Origin: Eledone cirrhosa
Taxonomy: Eukaryota
DNA: 64,000 bases
Direction of reading: 5' to 3'
Assembly: GCA_964016885.1 (NCBI GenBank)
Contig: OZ024740.1
Span: forward strand, 328,848,001-328,912,000
The notes under the pieces: generated by a model
Seen by the model: only the letters and a program-made list of their open reading frames with translations
Told to the model about the DNA's origin: nothing
Databases searched by the model: none
Program-made: the position numbers and the translations under genes
Shown here: in pieces, positions 14,291 through 29,442 of the stretch
Layout: every line of letters starts with the position of its first letter
Position numbering within the stretch: position 1 is the first letter of the stretch

Positions 14291-14636
14291 CGTTTCTGAA
14301 TTTGTATAACAATATATATATATATATATATAATGTTGTGTGTGTATAACTTTACTAGCTACTACTACTGTAACGCTACGCATACCTTCTTTGATCTGGC
14401 GAAAGTCTATTTGTATTTCCTTCCTTCCTGTGTTACGAATTGCACAACTTGTCTGCACCGGATCCTGTCATGTTTCCCGTCGTAAGACATTTAATTAATA
14501 TTTGCGTACATAGATGCTTTGCAGTCGTAGTCGAAAGATACTCAGTTGTTGTCCCCCGTCTCAATTTTGTGGTGTTGTCTCATATAAATTTATCCACCTT
14601 CGTTCAAAACCGACATGTAATCTAGACTCAATATTA

Positions 14637-14822
14637 TGCAGTGAATTGGCAGTATTAGTAGATGGTCAGACATGCTTTCCAGCGTACTTACGTCCCTTTA
14701 CGATCTGAGTTCAAATACCGCCGAGGTTAACTTTGCCTTTCATCCTTACGGGGTCGATAAAATAAAGTACCAGTAATACACTGGATAATTGCTGGCCGTG
14801 TGCCAAAAGTAGAAACAATATT
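14637..14822 (+). mobile_element. tRNA-derived SINE
   Basis: A-box-like tggcagtattagt, B-box gagttcaaatacc, body gcctttcatccttacggggtcgataaaataaagtacc; multicopy in window. Confidence 0.9.
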
Positions 14823-14943
14823 ATGCAACACCTCCATTATGCATGAGATAGTATTACCCAGGATTTGGCTGATGAAGAAGGTTATATTTTGTTGTTTTCG
14901 TGTGCAATTTTGCTCTCTGTCTATCTGTCTCCCCACTCTCTCT

Positions 14944-15004
<61 letters not shown>

Positions 15005-15009
<5 letters not shown>

Positions 15010-15178
15010 ATTGTTTCTACTTTAGGCTCAAAGCCAGCAATTACCCAGTGCATTACTGGTACTTTATTTTATCGACCCCGTAAGGATGAAAGGCAAAGTC
15101 AACCTCGGCGGGATTTGAACTCAGATCGTAAAGGGACGTAACTATGCTGGAAAGCATGGCGTCCGACCCTCTATCGAT
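15005..15178 (-). mobile_element. tRNA-derived SINE (inverted relative to 14637)
   Basis: Reverse complement of the same family. Confidence 0.9.
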
Positions 15179-15199
15179 ATATATATATATATATATATA

Positions 15200-15330
15200 A
15201 TAATGATACTATTTATAGTTATGTATATACTATACTATAAATAACTATAAACAGGAAAGGTCAGTCATTTATTACTACTTTATTACCAGTTAGCTCAATG
15301 TAAGAACATCAGGTGTTTGACAGAGCAGGA
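15200..15330 (-). mobile_element. Partial family A pseudo-LTR 3' end within (TA)n
   Basis: Diverged match to reverse complement of 8110-8260. Confidence 0.65.
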
Positions 15331-15346
15331 ATATAATATATATAAT

Positions 15347-15460
<114 letters not shown>

Positions 15461-15876
15461 TTATATGTAACAGTATATTATGGTGCGTTGAGTGGATTAG
15501 GAATTATAAATTGTGGATGTTTGTTAGCTGGTGTCAGTCTTTCATCGAAGACACAGAGAGGTCGAGAGTAATGAGCATGTTTGGGATAAAGAAAATATAG
15601 TAACATAGACGAGAGTAAGAAAAGAAAGAGAGGACGTGGAAAAGATAGACAGGAAGATAACATACGTGTATTTAGGAACCTTAATAGTTTGGATCTCTAC
15701 ACTAGATTTTCCGACCAGGTCTGTATTCTACTTGAAATTGGATGCGGATTTCTCCTCGGATTATGAGCCATTTTTTCACTGCTATTTGTGTGTTTGTGTG
15801 TGTGTGTGTATATGCTTAAATCCCCCCCCCCCGCTCTCTCTTTCTGTACGCACACACAAACACACATATATATGAA

Positions 15877-15930
<54 letters not shown>

Positions 15931-17639
15931 TGTGTGTTTATATATTGCCAATATGACAAAAGGCATCTTCACTACAAGCCAGTGGGGTCATAATTAGGTG
16001 CTGTCTAGTTTCTTTTTCCATTGATATTCCTTCCTAAAATCGTTTGGATTCAACATCAGTTTTAGATAAAGCACTTGTCTTGGATTGTATTTGTATTGTT
16101 ATACGAGAAATAATATATTCGAACATTCTCATCCTTAACAACCATGCTGAAATTTGAATGGTGTCTTCCGTATTTACCAAGTACGTTGAATTTCTCCTTT
16201 ATTATCATTAGAAACACCTACACATTCATGAACTTATATAGAAAGCCCTCTCGAAATAGCATATTCACATGTCCTCATATACACGTTAGTGAAGTGCCTA
16301 TTCTTTACCCTTATTTCTTTTTCTATTTACACACATCATTCAGCTCTGATGCTTATCTCTCTCCCTCGTCTCTCTCGTTTCTCTCTCTCCCCCCTCTCTC
16401 TCTGTCAGATAACAATATATATATGTGTAGGGGCGCATGTATGCGTGCGATATGGTTATATGTTTCTACAACAAACATTGTATTGACTACAAGTAGAATG
16501 AAATAAATTATAACACACAGCAGAAATGTTTGTGACTTACATTCTCATTTCGGTTTTTTAAGCAATAGAACATGTCATGAATATGCTGTATTTTATTTTT
16601 CAAAAATACAAAAACCGACCAGTTATCTTTTAGATTGTTGTGAAAACGACTTAGCGCATAGATGTTGTTAGGGATTATACATACTTAAGAATCAATCTAA
16701 ATATGAGGATAATATAATCAATATATCCTAAATGCGTATGAATAACTTCTCTTCATATGTATATATAAAGATAAACACATGATGTACAAACTAATGATCA
16801 TTTAATACCTAATGGGTGGATCTATTTTCTGTTAAAGTATTGGAGAGTAGAATTTGGTTTTTAAATAGATCGTGTTTACGAGCGCCCAGGTTTAAATAAT
16901 AATGAAAATTATTGTGTACAGTGCTCAGGTGCACTACAAGCTCAAGTGCAGTAAAATAAAATAAAAAAATACTACAAAGCATTCTATCCGACGTTCTAAC
17001 GACTCGGCCAATTCAACGCCTACATTAAGGTAATATATAAACAAATTGACTATTCTATAGTTCGTTACAATAGTAATCGACAATGAATTGGCCTAATCCT
17101 TAGAAGATTTTTCCTATTCGTTCTGACACTTCGTTCTGAAATCAAATCCAAAGATAATCAACTGTGCATTTTGTACTCCCTAGGTCGATAAATAAAGTAC
17201 TAGTCCAGTAATCGGCTCGATTCCTCATCTATATCGCTTTCGCCATTCGTCTCTCTTATGCCCTCTCTGTCTCTGGAAAAAAATCGACTATGTCAGACCC
17301 AAGGTGAGGGTTTGTTTCCATCAGTTTTAGATATGTCAAAGACACGTCATGTATCACTACTGCGGCATGACTACTGTTATGCATACATATAACAATCTGA
17401 ATAATCCAATAAGTTATTTTTTTCTGAATCTATCAGTTTGTTGATTGTTCGTATTTCATTCCTTTGTTATTGTTCGTATTTCATTCCTTTGTTATCTTAT
17501 GTTCTAGAATCTTAAATGAGTTGAACGTAAAATGTATAACCAAATCGAAAGAAGCATTTCAATTTTTCTTGATCCATAGTATGTTATTTAAATTTAGTAT
17601 TTGACTTTTAATTGGCATTATAATATCCATATCTATCGT

Positions 17640-18080
17640 GGATTGACAGTACCGGTAGAGCATCGGACACCATGCTTCGTGGCATAGAGTTACGGTCCTT
17701 TACATTCTTAGTTCAAATCCTGCCCAGGTTAGCTCTGCCTTTCATCCTTATGGGTTCAATAAGATAAAGCACCAGCAACGTATTGGGTAGATTTAATTGA
17801 CGTTCCCTTCCCCCAAAATGTTCGGCCTTGTGCCTAAATCAGAAACCATAATAATATCCATGTCTAAGGTTGGTGGATTGGCAGACTCGAAGGTGCGTCT
17901 TATAAACTACTTTGGGGCATTAAGCTACGGATTTGAGTCCAAATACCACCGAATTCAACATTGCCTTCCATACTTCAGAACCACTAAAATAAAATACTTT
18001 TCAATACCGTGGTCAAATAAATCGACTTTCTCCTCACACAAAATTACTGGCATTGTTTTTAATGTTAAAGTCATAATATC
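17640..18080 (+). mobile_element. Two diverged tandem SINE copies
   Basis: gttcaaatcctgcc..gcctttcatccttatggg..; the second copy is older. Confidence 0.7.
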
Positions 18081-18159
18081 CATATCTGGATAATGATCTG
18101 CGGTTAATCTTGGTAAAGTTTGGTGCATTTTATATTGTCATAAGGGGGGGGGGGGGGCT

Positions 18160-18697
18160 CAAAGGAAGGAAGGCTTTGTATAAGATACTGGTCACAAAAA
18201 ATTTCTCCCTACATAGAAAAGGATGACTCCATGACGCCTGTGTGCGAAGGGCTGTTCTGCATGATAGTGAAACAGGGGCTGTAACTGCAGAAGACATGAT
18301 TAGACTGGAGAGAAATGAAGCAACCATGTTCCGTTGATTGTGCACTGTAAGTGTGGTAGAAAGGCAGAGCCTGGACGTGTTGAGCGAGATGCTGCGTTTA
18401 AGAAGAATCCTAGATGATGTGCAGGAGAGACGACTGCATTGGTATGGGCATGTGATGCATATGGATAATGATCATTAGAAGAATTTGTGCCAGGAAATGC
18501 CAGTGGAAGGAATCCGTAGTGGAGGCAGACCCAAACAAGATCTGGGCAGAAGTTATGAGAGCTGATCTCAAATCACTGAGATAATGACAAACGATCGCGA
18601 AATCCAGAGAGATGCTGTGCTGAGAAGGACCGGTGCACCCCATGCAAGCGTGGAAAAACGGACATAAAGATGGACGTAAAAACGATGATGATGATGG
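18160..18697 (+). mobile_element. RTE-like LINE 3' fragment with (GAT)n tail
   Basis: Translates as ACVRRAVLHDSETGAV..RLERNE..M; RRLHWYGHVMHM; GRPK; ends gatgatgatgatg. Confidence 0.8.
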
Positions 18698-18709
18698 TTG
18701 TATATATAT

Positions 18710-18901
18710 CAGAATGGATGCGGGAAAAACCAGTTACACCCTTAATCACCAGAGTTCTCGATACTTGGTGTAGTAAAGTGGGTAATATGAAAAATTCGGG
18801 GCCCCGATGGCTGAGTTCCTTCCATTTCAACAGCTAGATGCGAACTCAGTTCGGATCTAGCGGTTGAAACGGCAGGAATTCACCCGTCAGGGCTACGAAT
18901 T

Positions 18902-18909
<8 letters not shown>
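18710..18909. mobile_element. PLE pseudo-LTR 3' fragment folded back on itself (~62 bp hairpin 18785-18909), homologous to 27561-27700
   Basis: atatgaaaaattcg..cgaact-c-agttcg..cgaatttttcatat; reverse complement resembles 'gaaacggc..catcggg..tattacccact..aagtattgagtactttggtg'. Confidence 0.75.
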
Positions 18910-18971
<62 letters not shown>

Positions 18972-19085
18972 GTTTGAATATGTGTAATAAGGCCAAGACA
19001 ATGCAGGTATGGACATAGAAAAAAGAATGCAATAGTGAAAGATATTGATGTGATTTCGTCTTTCACCTTGAATTTATTTAAATGT

Positions 19086-19120
19086 CCTTAATTTTCGAGA
19101 TAATATCTCTTCTTCGGAGG
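19086..19120 (-). ncRNA. Ultra-minimal hammerhead motif (left arm of palindrome)
   Basis: cct-CCGAAGA-a-gagat att atctc-GAAA-at-TA-agg. Confidence 0.6.
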
Positions 19121-19250
19121 GAAGTAAAGGTCTCAAACCAGCGTCTTTAAATCTCTAGTCAAGCCATGCTGACCGGAAATAGTATATACTATTTCCGGTC
19201 AGCATGGCTTGACTAGAGATTTAAAGACGCTGGTTTGAGACCTTTACTTC

Positions 19251-19285
19251 CCTCCGAAGAAGAGATATTATCTCGAAAATTAAGG
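19251..19285 (+). ncRNA. Ultra-minimal hammerhead motif (right arm of palindrome)
   Basis: cct-CCGAAGA-a-gagat att atctc-GAAA-at-TA-agg. Confidence 0.6.
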
Positions 19286-19445
19286 ACATTTAAATAAATT
19301 CAAGGTGAAAGACGAATTCACATCAATATCTTCCACTATTGCATTCTTTTTTCTATGTCCATACCTGCATTGTCTTGGCCTTATTACACATATTCAAATG
19401 TTTATACCTCATTACACAATGCTTCAAGTGAACTATAACCTCCTC

Positions 19446-19766
<321 letters not shown>

Positions 19767-20050
19767 GAAAGGATGAATATAAAATGAAAGTCCTTTTTTT
19801 AAAAAAGGAATTTATTAGGTATTGACATATGTTTCTGTAACAGACTGAATACCTATGTATCGCTGCTTGCGTAATCATATAATGTTAGCAAGTATTCGAT
19901 AGCAAATGTATAATCAGTTGTCACTTCTTCAGAGATTTTGGATAAATTGGATAAAATCAGAAAAATTGAAGTATTTATATTAGTAAAAGAGGAAGAAACA
20001 GAGGGGATAGTATATGACAGATGGTAAATTAATTTACTGCTAAACAAGTA

Positions 20051-20131
20051 ATATTGAACTCATCCAGAGTATCTAGAGATTCTGTCCAGATGATGAAACA
20101 GTCGTCAAGGTATCTCTTCCAAGATTGTTCA
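20051..20131 (-). mobile_element. ~80 bp inverted RT fragment copied from 21311-21391
   Basis: Near-exact reverse complement of the WKRYLDD segment. Confidence 0.9.
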
Positions 20132-20141
20132 TATATGTATG

Positions 20142-21258
<1,117 letters not shown>

Positions 21259-21263
<5 letters not shown>

Positions 21264-22907
21264 TACCAAGAAATAGAGGAAAAATATAGTACTGACTTTA
21301 GAAAGTACATTGAACAATCTTGGAAGAGATACCTTGACGACCGTTTCATCATCTGGACAGAATCTCTAGATACTCTGGATGAGTTCAATATCCTCCTGAA
21401 TAACCTAAACCCATCTCTCCAATTCACAAAAGAGATGAGTAGGACCAAATTACCATTCCTAGATATAATGATAATCAAAAACGACACCACCACGGATATA
21501 TATTATAAACACACAGACACCCATCAATATCTGAATTTTAGAGTCGTGCCATCCACCTCATACAAAACGCAACATTCCATACTGCCTAGCCAGAAGAATT
21601 TGTACCATTGTAGAAGATACGAATATTAGGTACAAACGCCTAACAGAACTAAGAGAATTTTTGCTCAAACAAAAGTACCCATCTCTACTTATAGAAAATG
21701 GCATACAGCGGGCTATAAAAATACCTATACAACAACTTAGGACAACCCAAGGATGAAGAAACCAAGAACTGGTCATACCATTTATAATGACACACAACTC
21801 ATGTCACCAGAATATCTTCAACACTGCCAAAGCAAACCTACCGATCATTGCTCAAAGTAATGAATTATAAGGCTTAATCACAGATCGATCTTTGGCTCTT
21901 AGTAAAAGACAGCCGACAAATTTGAAGCAATTACTAACAAAAGCAAAGTTTGACCTTAACAACAAAGACCAATCATTCACTGTATCTAAATGCAATGATA
22001 GTCGATGCGGCACATGTCAATCCATACACGCCGGTCAATATATGAAAACAAAAACTGGAAAAATATTCCCAAATGCAAATATGAACTGCAAAAGCTGAAA
22101 TCTAATTTACTGCATTAAATGCCCGAATTGTGAAGAACTATATGTCGGTCAAACTGGAAATGCACTATCGGAACGTGCACGGGTACACCGAGAGCAAATC
22201 AGAGACCCAAATGTCCGTCAGATAGCCCTAAGTAACCATCTAGCAACATGTGGTCAGGGAATATTTATAATATTCCCATTCTACAAATTACACAGCCCAA
22301 GTGAAATGAAGAGAAAAATCAAAGAAAATAATTTTATTGATAAATTCAAACCCAAGCTAAATGAACAATAATAATGGGGTATTACTCCTACTATGACTAT
22401 GACTACGACCATGTCGACTACGACCACTAAAAACAACAACAACAATAATAATAATAATAAAAGTGATGTTGATGGTGATGATTACTAGAAAATGCTATTT
22501 TCATCATTTCTAAAAATAGCAAAACAATTGATGCTTTGGATAGGATCAATTAGTGGTCGTTAGACATGCTCAACCAACCGTAACGCCTAAACGAATCAGC
22601 TTTAGTAATTCAGTGAAACTACACACCGATTGGTCGAAATACAGTTTGCAAGATTTAGCATTCTGGAGCCACTTTTCACTGTATATAAGGTACAACATTT
22701 ACCCATCTCATTACAGTTGAAAATTGCAAACTTGACTGTCACCACACATTATGAACTTGAAGATTGGGAAAACATGAAAGTACTTGTTCAATTAACACTT
22801 AACATTTAATATTCTACCATACTATTTCATTCTAATATCATTATAAATTTTAAAGGATTGTAAATAAAACGAGTAAATCAGACAAAGCTGGAATTCCTTT
22901 TATTAAT
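21259..22907 (+). mobile_element. 5'-truncated Penelope-like element (RT C-half + GIY-YIG to ~22370, pseudo-LTR to 22907), disrupted
   Basis: WKRYLDD, LPFLDI, TDIYYKHTDTHQYL, NIPYCLARRICTIV, CNDSRCGTC, NLIYCIKC..LYVGQTG. Confidence 0.95.
22752..22790 (+). ncRNA. Degenerate minimal hammerhead motif
   Basis: tgaac-TTGAAGA-ttgggaaaacat-GAAA-gtac-TT-gttca; 5-bp helix I, AGTACT palindrome, weak stem II. Confidence 0.5.
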
Positions 22908-22941
22908 ATAATCTTCTATACACAATCATACACATCCGTGT

Positions 22942-23058
<117 letters not shown>

Positions 23059-23066
23059 GTATAATA

Positions 23067-23300
23067 CAACCTGCCTCATGGTCGGGTTGTTGGCGACTAA
23101 ACTGGCAACCCCACCAAGGTTTCTTGGTGAGGAGGTTGACTTTGGACATCCTGCAGGACTAGAAACAAAAACTGTCAAAGGGAAAAGGAGCTCTTAAGAG
23201 TCAATGGCCATCCAAAATCACCGGGAGAGATGACCCCTTAGCCTTTGTCAAGGCCGATTTCTAGGAGAAGGAAAACTCTGATATAACACCTGCAACTCTG
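23067..23300 (+). mobile_element. Probable RTE-type LINE 5' UTR fragment
   Basis: 'ctaggagaaggaaaactctga..acacctg' resembles RTE 5' UTR text; GC-richer than flanks. Confidence 0.45.
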
Positions 23301-23629
23301 ATGGTATCCAATGATGTTGACTTGTTCTTCTTTTTGGTAAATATCATCTTGGTTAAGTAAGTGGGACTGGCTTTGTGTAGTGCTTTTGCTCACTATAAAA
23401 GCTTCATGGCACAGGCATTGCTTTATATCTGAGATCTCTCTGCACTTGTCGTCAAATGGTACCATGGGCCATGCACTCTGTCAATAATTGTCACAAGTGT
23501 AGTGTTTGTACCAGAGTTTTCAAGTCGCTTGCTGGATTAAAAAGTCACACTCGTTCAGCAAATCGGTAGGGGTTCTCCTACATGGATATAAAGTAGTGGC
23601 CGTACTCAAAAACGAGCTGGCAGCCACCA

Positions 23630-23682
<53 letters not shown>

Positions 23683-23685
23683 GTA

Positions 23686-24115
23686 GTATTAAGGATACTA
23701 TTTATGGTTATGTATATACTAAAACCTTTTATAGTTATATATATTTTAAACCCTAAACAGTGAAAGACAATAATTTATTACTACGTTATTACCAGTAAGA
23801 TAAATAGCTCAATGTAATAACATCAGTTGTTCTACAGAGCAGTTATATAGAAATCACATGAATCAAAGTTCTGTTCAAACCATTTATTAGCTTACAATTG
23901 TTTCGTCCAAACCAACGTTTGGAGTCTTCGGAGCAATTTTTCAATGACCTACTTTCCAACACAAGAGACATCCAGAAACATATGTATGTATCGATGCACA
24001 GTGGGGTGACACCCATTATAATATTTTAGCATGGCAATTTACATTCAAAAATTAAAATCATATTAAAAGAAAATTAAAACAAAGTAAAAGTTAAAATACA
24101 ACATCGGCAGTTTAC
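23686..24115 (-). mobile_element. Family A pseudo-LTR copy
   Basis: Reverse complement homology to 7831-8262. Confidence 0.85.
23888..23936 (-). ncRNA. Minimal type I hammerhead, U4C core (family A)
   Basis: ttgct-CCGAAGA-c-tccaaac gttg gtttgga-c-GAAA-caatt-GTA-agcta. Confidence 0.78.
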
Positions 24116-24389
24116 GAAGATAATGCGAGAGGATAGTTTGAAGTAGTTAGTGTATGCAATAGTTACACGTGGGGCATGCATGTGTGTCTTATTTATATAA
24201 GATTAATGTGCGGCAAGGTGTTATATGCAATACAAGCACTTTAAGCGGGTAAACAAGAGTAATATGGGGGTTGCACTGGTAAAGTATTTATGTATGATAA
24301 AGAAGCTTGCGTGCAGAGAAATATTAAAAATGAGAAGCAAAATAATGTTATGGTTTTCGTATACACCACCATTTTCACAATCCAGGAAA

Positions 24390-25333
<944 letters not shown>

Positions 25334-25334
<1 letters not shown>

Positions 25335-27157
25335 AGGAACGGGTAGGAGCCCGACGGCAGAGCTCAAGCCGTTTCGACGGCTAATTCTGGACTAAATCAA
25401 TATTTTAATCCTGGTATTTGAATAGTCGAGCTTCTCAAGGGGTAATTCCATATATGGTAAAAGTGATTGTCACAAGGATTGGTAAAAACTTTGTTGTTGA
25501 GACATAATAATTCTATCATGGCAATTTGTGAAGGGAAGGGGTAGCTGAACCTGCCAGTAGGAGAAAGAGGGATAGGGGGTGGAGACGACCCAGTCATGCG
25601 TTGATAGTGCCGACTACAGCTGGGCATGAGGTCAAAGAAGAGACTAGGGAGGGGGAGGGGGAGGAAGTCGAAACAATAAGTAAAACAATATGGGGTAATA
25701 TATAGAAAAATACCGAGAGTGTTAAAAAGCAATTAAATGTAAAAAAAAAAAAAATTTCTGGTTACTACAACCTAAGTCTCTCACTGGTACTGCTAGGCTA
25801 AAGAAGGGTTTACTAGGTGGGACGGAATTATAATGAGAACCTTTTAAGAGGTATAAGTAATAAACCGAGTATATCTTACGGTGACGGGTCAACAAATGAG
25901 GGGCCAAAATAGTAAAGAAACTACCACGAAATAATAAATAAAGGTTTCTACTCCATGCACAAGGCCAGCAACCACCCACTGCAAATAAATAAACTAATAC
26001 GGAATAATAATTCAGAATCCCGATAAAGAATACTAATACTATCTCTAATGGTGCCGCCACGATACAAAAATTCTAGTGCAAACTACATAAATGCTCGTAC
26101 GAAGTATATGTAAAATTTGATACGGAAAATTCATTCAGAACCCCCCCCCCCCCCAAAAAAAAAAAAATAATACTAATATACGAGAAATTAAAGCAAAGAT
26201 ACCACTAAGAAATATAGAAAGCACAGAAAAGGGGCAGCGATCGGATAAGAAGGCAAGTATCCGGGGTCTAACACATCTGCTATAAAAAGCGGAGTCGGCC
26301 AAATCTATCATGGAATAGAGGAAGGGGGTGTGGGTACTGAGGCTACAAAGGACCGAGGGGCTGCCTCGGGTGGGCGAGAAAATGAAAAGGACGACGACAA
26401 AGAAAGAGGACTGGGGTGGAAGGACTAGGGAGGGATGTGGGAAGAAGGAAATATAGAGGAAGCGATAAAAAGATATAAAAGAAGATGTTACGTCTACCTT
26501 TGCAAGCAGGGGTTACCCATTACAAAATCGGCAAGTGGGGTGTTATAGCCCTAGTCTACCCCCCCCCGGGTCATTATGGGGTTTGAGGGCGAGGTAAGTC
26601 CTACGCAATCTGTGTTTACATGCAGTAACCAGTTCATCTTTCTCGTTTAGGAGTTGGTCCGTCGAAAACAGCATTGTAAAGTTTCCTCCGAGCATTAATT
26701 GCACGGACGGCGTCCTCCCGTGTAAAAGTTGGCTCTGGACAGTAAGCTCCAAGTGAGATCATAGGTAATGTTGTTATCCTTGAGGTCCCATATGTGGCCC
26801 GAAAGTGTAGTGGCGTGACGCCGGGCCGGGTTTCGGAAGGTATGTCTGTGTTGGTATAGCTGGGTCTTGAAGTCACATGCGGTTAATCCTATATAAGCTT
26901 TGTTAGAGGTGTCCGTCCTAACGTTGCACTGGTAGATCACATTACGATCTCTGCATCTGTTGTCGAGGGGGCAAATGGATCCATCAGGACAGTTGCACCT
27001 CCTGGTCGGCTCTCCACTGCTATTTAGGTTATTTCTTCCATAGGGGTTGAGTTTTTTTGTTGTTAGAGGAGATGATGTTTTATGCAAAGTTTGGTGTGGT
27101 GCTGTAAGAGAGTTTGATGGTATTTTTGTTAATTATGTTGTGGTGGCGGTGTTGTAG
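25334..27157 (-). mobile_element. 5'-truncated PLE: GIY-YIG remnant (~26540-27150), purine-biased 3' region and pseudo-LTR (25334-25795)
   Basis: RCNCPDGSICPLDNRC..NVIYQC..KAYIGLTACDFK..LYQHRHTF..TTLSGHIWDLK. Confidence 0.9.
25350..25441 (-). ncRNA. Hammerhead variant with U3-A8 core and long stem II
   Basis: ccc-TTGAGAA-g..cgacta ttc..ggattaa..ttagtcc..gaa.tagccg.c-GAAA-cggc ttgagctct gccG-TC-ggg. Confidence 0.6.
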
Positions 27158-27700
27158 CTTAGCAGTACCAGTGAGAGACTTAGGTTGTAGTAACCAGAAG
27201 TTGTTTTTGTTTTTTTTTACATTTAATTGCTTTTTAACACTCTCGGTATTTTTCTATATATTTACCCCATATTGTTTTACTTATTGTTTCGACTTCCTCC
27301 CCCCTCCCTAGTATTTTCTTTGACCTCATGTCCAGCTGTAGTCGGCACTATCAACGCACGACTGGGTCTCCTCCACCCCCTATCCCTCTTTCTCCTACTG
27401 GCAGGTTCAGCTACCCCTCCCCTTCACAAATTGCCATGATAGAATTATTATGTCTCAACAACAAAGTTTTGACCAATCCTTGTGACAATCACTTTTACCA
27501 TATATGGAATTACCCCTTGAGAAGCTCGGCTATTCAAATACCAGGATAAAAATGTTCATTTAGTCCAGAATTAGCCGTCGAAACGGCTTGAGCTCTGCCA
27601 TCGGGATCCTACTCGTTCCTATTACCCACTCTACTAACCTAAGTATTGAGTACTTTGGTGCGTTATGGTCCACCTAGTTCCTTACCATATTTCCTTCGTT
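27158..27700 (+). mobile_element. Inverted pseudo-LTR copy at the 5' end of the PLE (matches 25334-25795)
   Basis: Near-identical reverse complement over ~460 bp; ends at (TA)n. Confidence 0.93.
27514..27605 (+). ncRNA. Hammerhead variant with U3-A8 core and long stem II (second copy)
   Basis: ccc-TTGAGAA-gctcggcta...tagccgtc-GAAA-cggc..gccA-TC-ggg. Confidence 0.55.
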
Positions 27701-27768
27701 ATATATATATAAATATATGTGTATATATATATATATATGTATATACATATATGTATATATATATATAT

Positions 27769-27806
<38 letters not shown>

Positions 27807-27845
27807 GTATATATATGTATATATATATATATGTATATATATATG

Positions 27846-27880
<35 letters not shown>

Positions 27881-27893
27881 ATATATATATATG

Positions 27894-27984
<91 letters not shown>

Positions 27985-28021
27985 ATATATATATATGTAT
28001 ATATGTATATATATATATATG

Positions 28022-28068
<47 letters not shown>
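27700..28068. repeat. Degenerate (TA)n tract
   Basis: Direct reading. Confidence 0.97.
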
Positions 28069-28073
<5 letters not shown>

Positions 28074-28868
28074 CGCATTTACAACGACCATTCCACTTAT
28101 TACAATGAAGCTCTTGCTCGAAGTGGATTTGTCGATAAGGTAGCATATACAGAGTACGAGAATAGACCTAGAAGAAATAGATCCCGTCGCATTTGTTGGT
28201 TTAACCCACCATATAATATGGAGGTGGCCACACCATTAGCTAAGATCTTTCTTTCCCTTATTACGAAGCATTTTCCCCCTACACATAAATATAGTAAAAT
28301 TTTTAATAGAAACACTATTAAAATTTCTTACTCTACGACTCCTAACCTTGCACATAACATCACAGCTTCAAATTTAGCTAAACTACCTAGCCGTAGGAAC
28401 ACGTGCAACCCTGTAGTTAGTACTAACTGTAATTGTAGGAATCGGGCTGATTGTCCCCTTTCCGGGAAATGCCTCTCTAGTAACATTGTCTACAAATGTA
28501 AGGTTGTAACACCCACGTCCAGTAGGGCCTACATAGGGTTAACCGCCAATAGTTTCAAGCAGCGTCTTTACATGCATACCCATTCTTTTCGTTACCCTCT
28601 AAGAAGGATTATGACGTCACTTTCAGCTTATATCTGGAGTCTAAAAGACAACCACACCCAATATAAGTTACACTGGGAGATCCTAGCTAGGGCTAGATCG
28701 TATAACGGAAATAAAAGACCATGTGACCTCTGCGCCGCTGAGGCCCTGGAAATACTCTATGCCACAGACCACATCTTAAACAAGAAATCTGAGGCAATTT
28801 CGGCTTGTAAACATAAATTGCACAACACTTTCCTGTATTACAGTCCCACGTTATACCCTAACGGATAG
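28069..28868 (+). pseudogene. PLE C-terminal linker + GIY-YIG endonuclease (open frame, 5' truncated)
   Basis: [71 protein letters not shown]. Confidence 0.92.
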
Positions 28869-29442
28869 CACTATCTATACGTGGATATTTTACGTCTTGA
28901 TGTGGGAGCTAAGTATATGTTTTGTTTATTCCTTTACTTATTTGCATAGGTAAGTATATATTACCCGTATGTTTTGTGAAGGTATGTATACCTTCTCGTA
29001 CGTATATTTGACTGTTATGGCGCATAACTTTTACATATTCTGGTATTTAGGGTTTGGTTATGTGTATATGGGAGTTTTGCGTCTGCGTCAATATGCAGGT
29101 TCGTACGTATGGTGGGTGTGTGTATATGTGTACTTCTTGTTTTAGTTGACTTACGTCTCCGAACTTTCGTGTATTTATTTGTAGGTATGTGTGTGCGCTT
29201 GTTATATACGTATTTATTTACTTATATACGTTTATATAATTATTTATTTATTTGTACACAAGCATACACACATACACATATTTATATGTGCGTGGTTTTG
29301 TATACCTATGGTAAGGTTTTGCGTATGCTTGTGTATGTACGTATCTGTTTGCGTGTATGTATTTATTTGTTTCTATTACTTCTGTATTGTATTTATTTAC
29401 TTTGTTCTTAACTCTGTAGCGGAGATTCATTCGGTCTCCTAG

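Larger units (their letters stand above)
18965..19406. repeat. 442 bp spacerless palindrome (221 bp arms, 3 mismatches) between (TA)n tracts
   Basis: Centre agtat|atact at 19185/19186; arms checked by eye. Confidence 0.95.

Noticed and set aside
14637-14822. tRNA gene
   Set aside because: A/B boxes belong to a multicopy SINE; no cloverleaf
27717-28868. 383 aa ORF as a novel fusion protein
   Set aside because: The N-terminal third is (TA)n read in frame with a truncated PLE endonuclease
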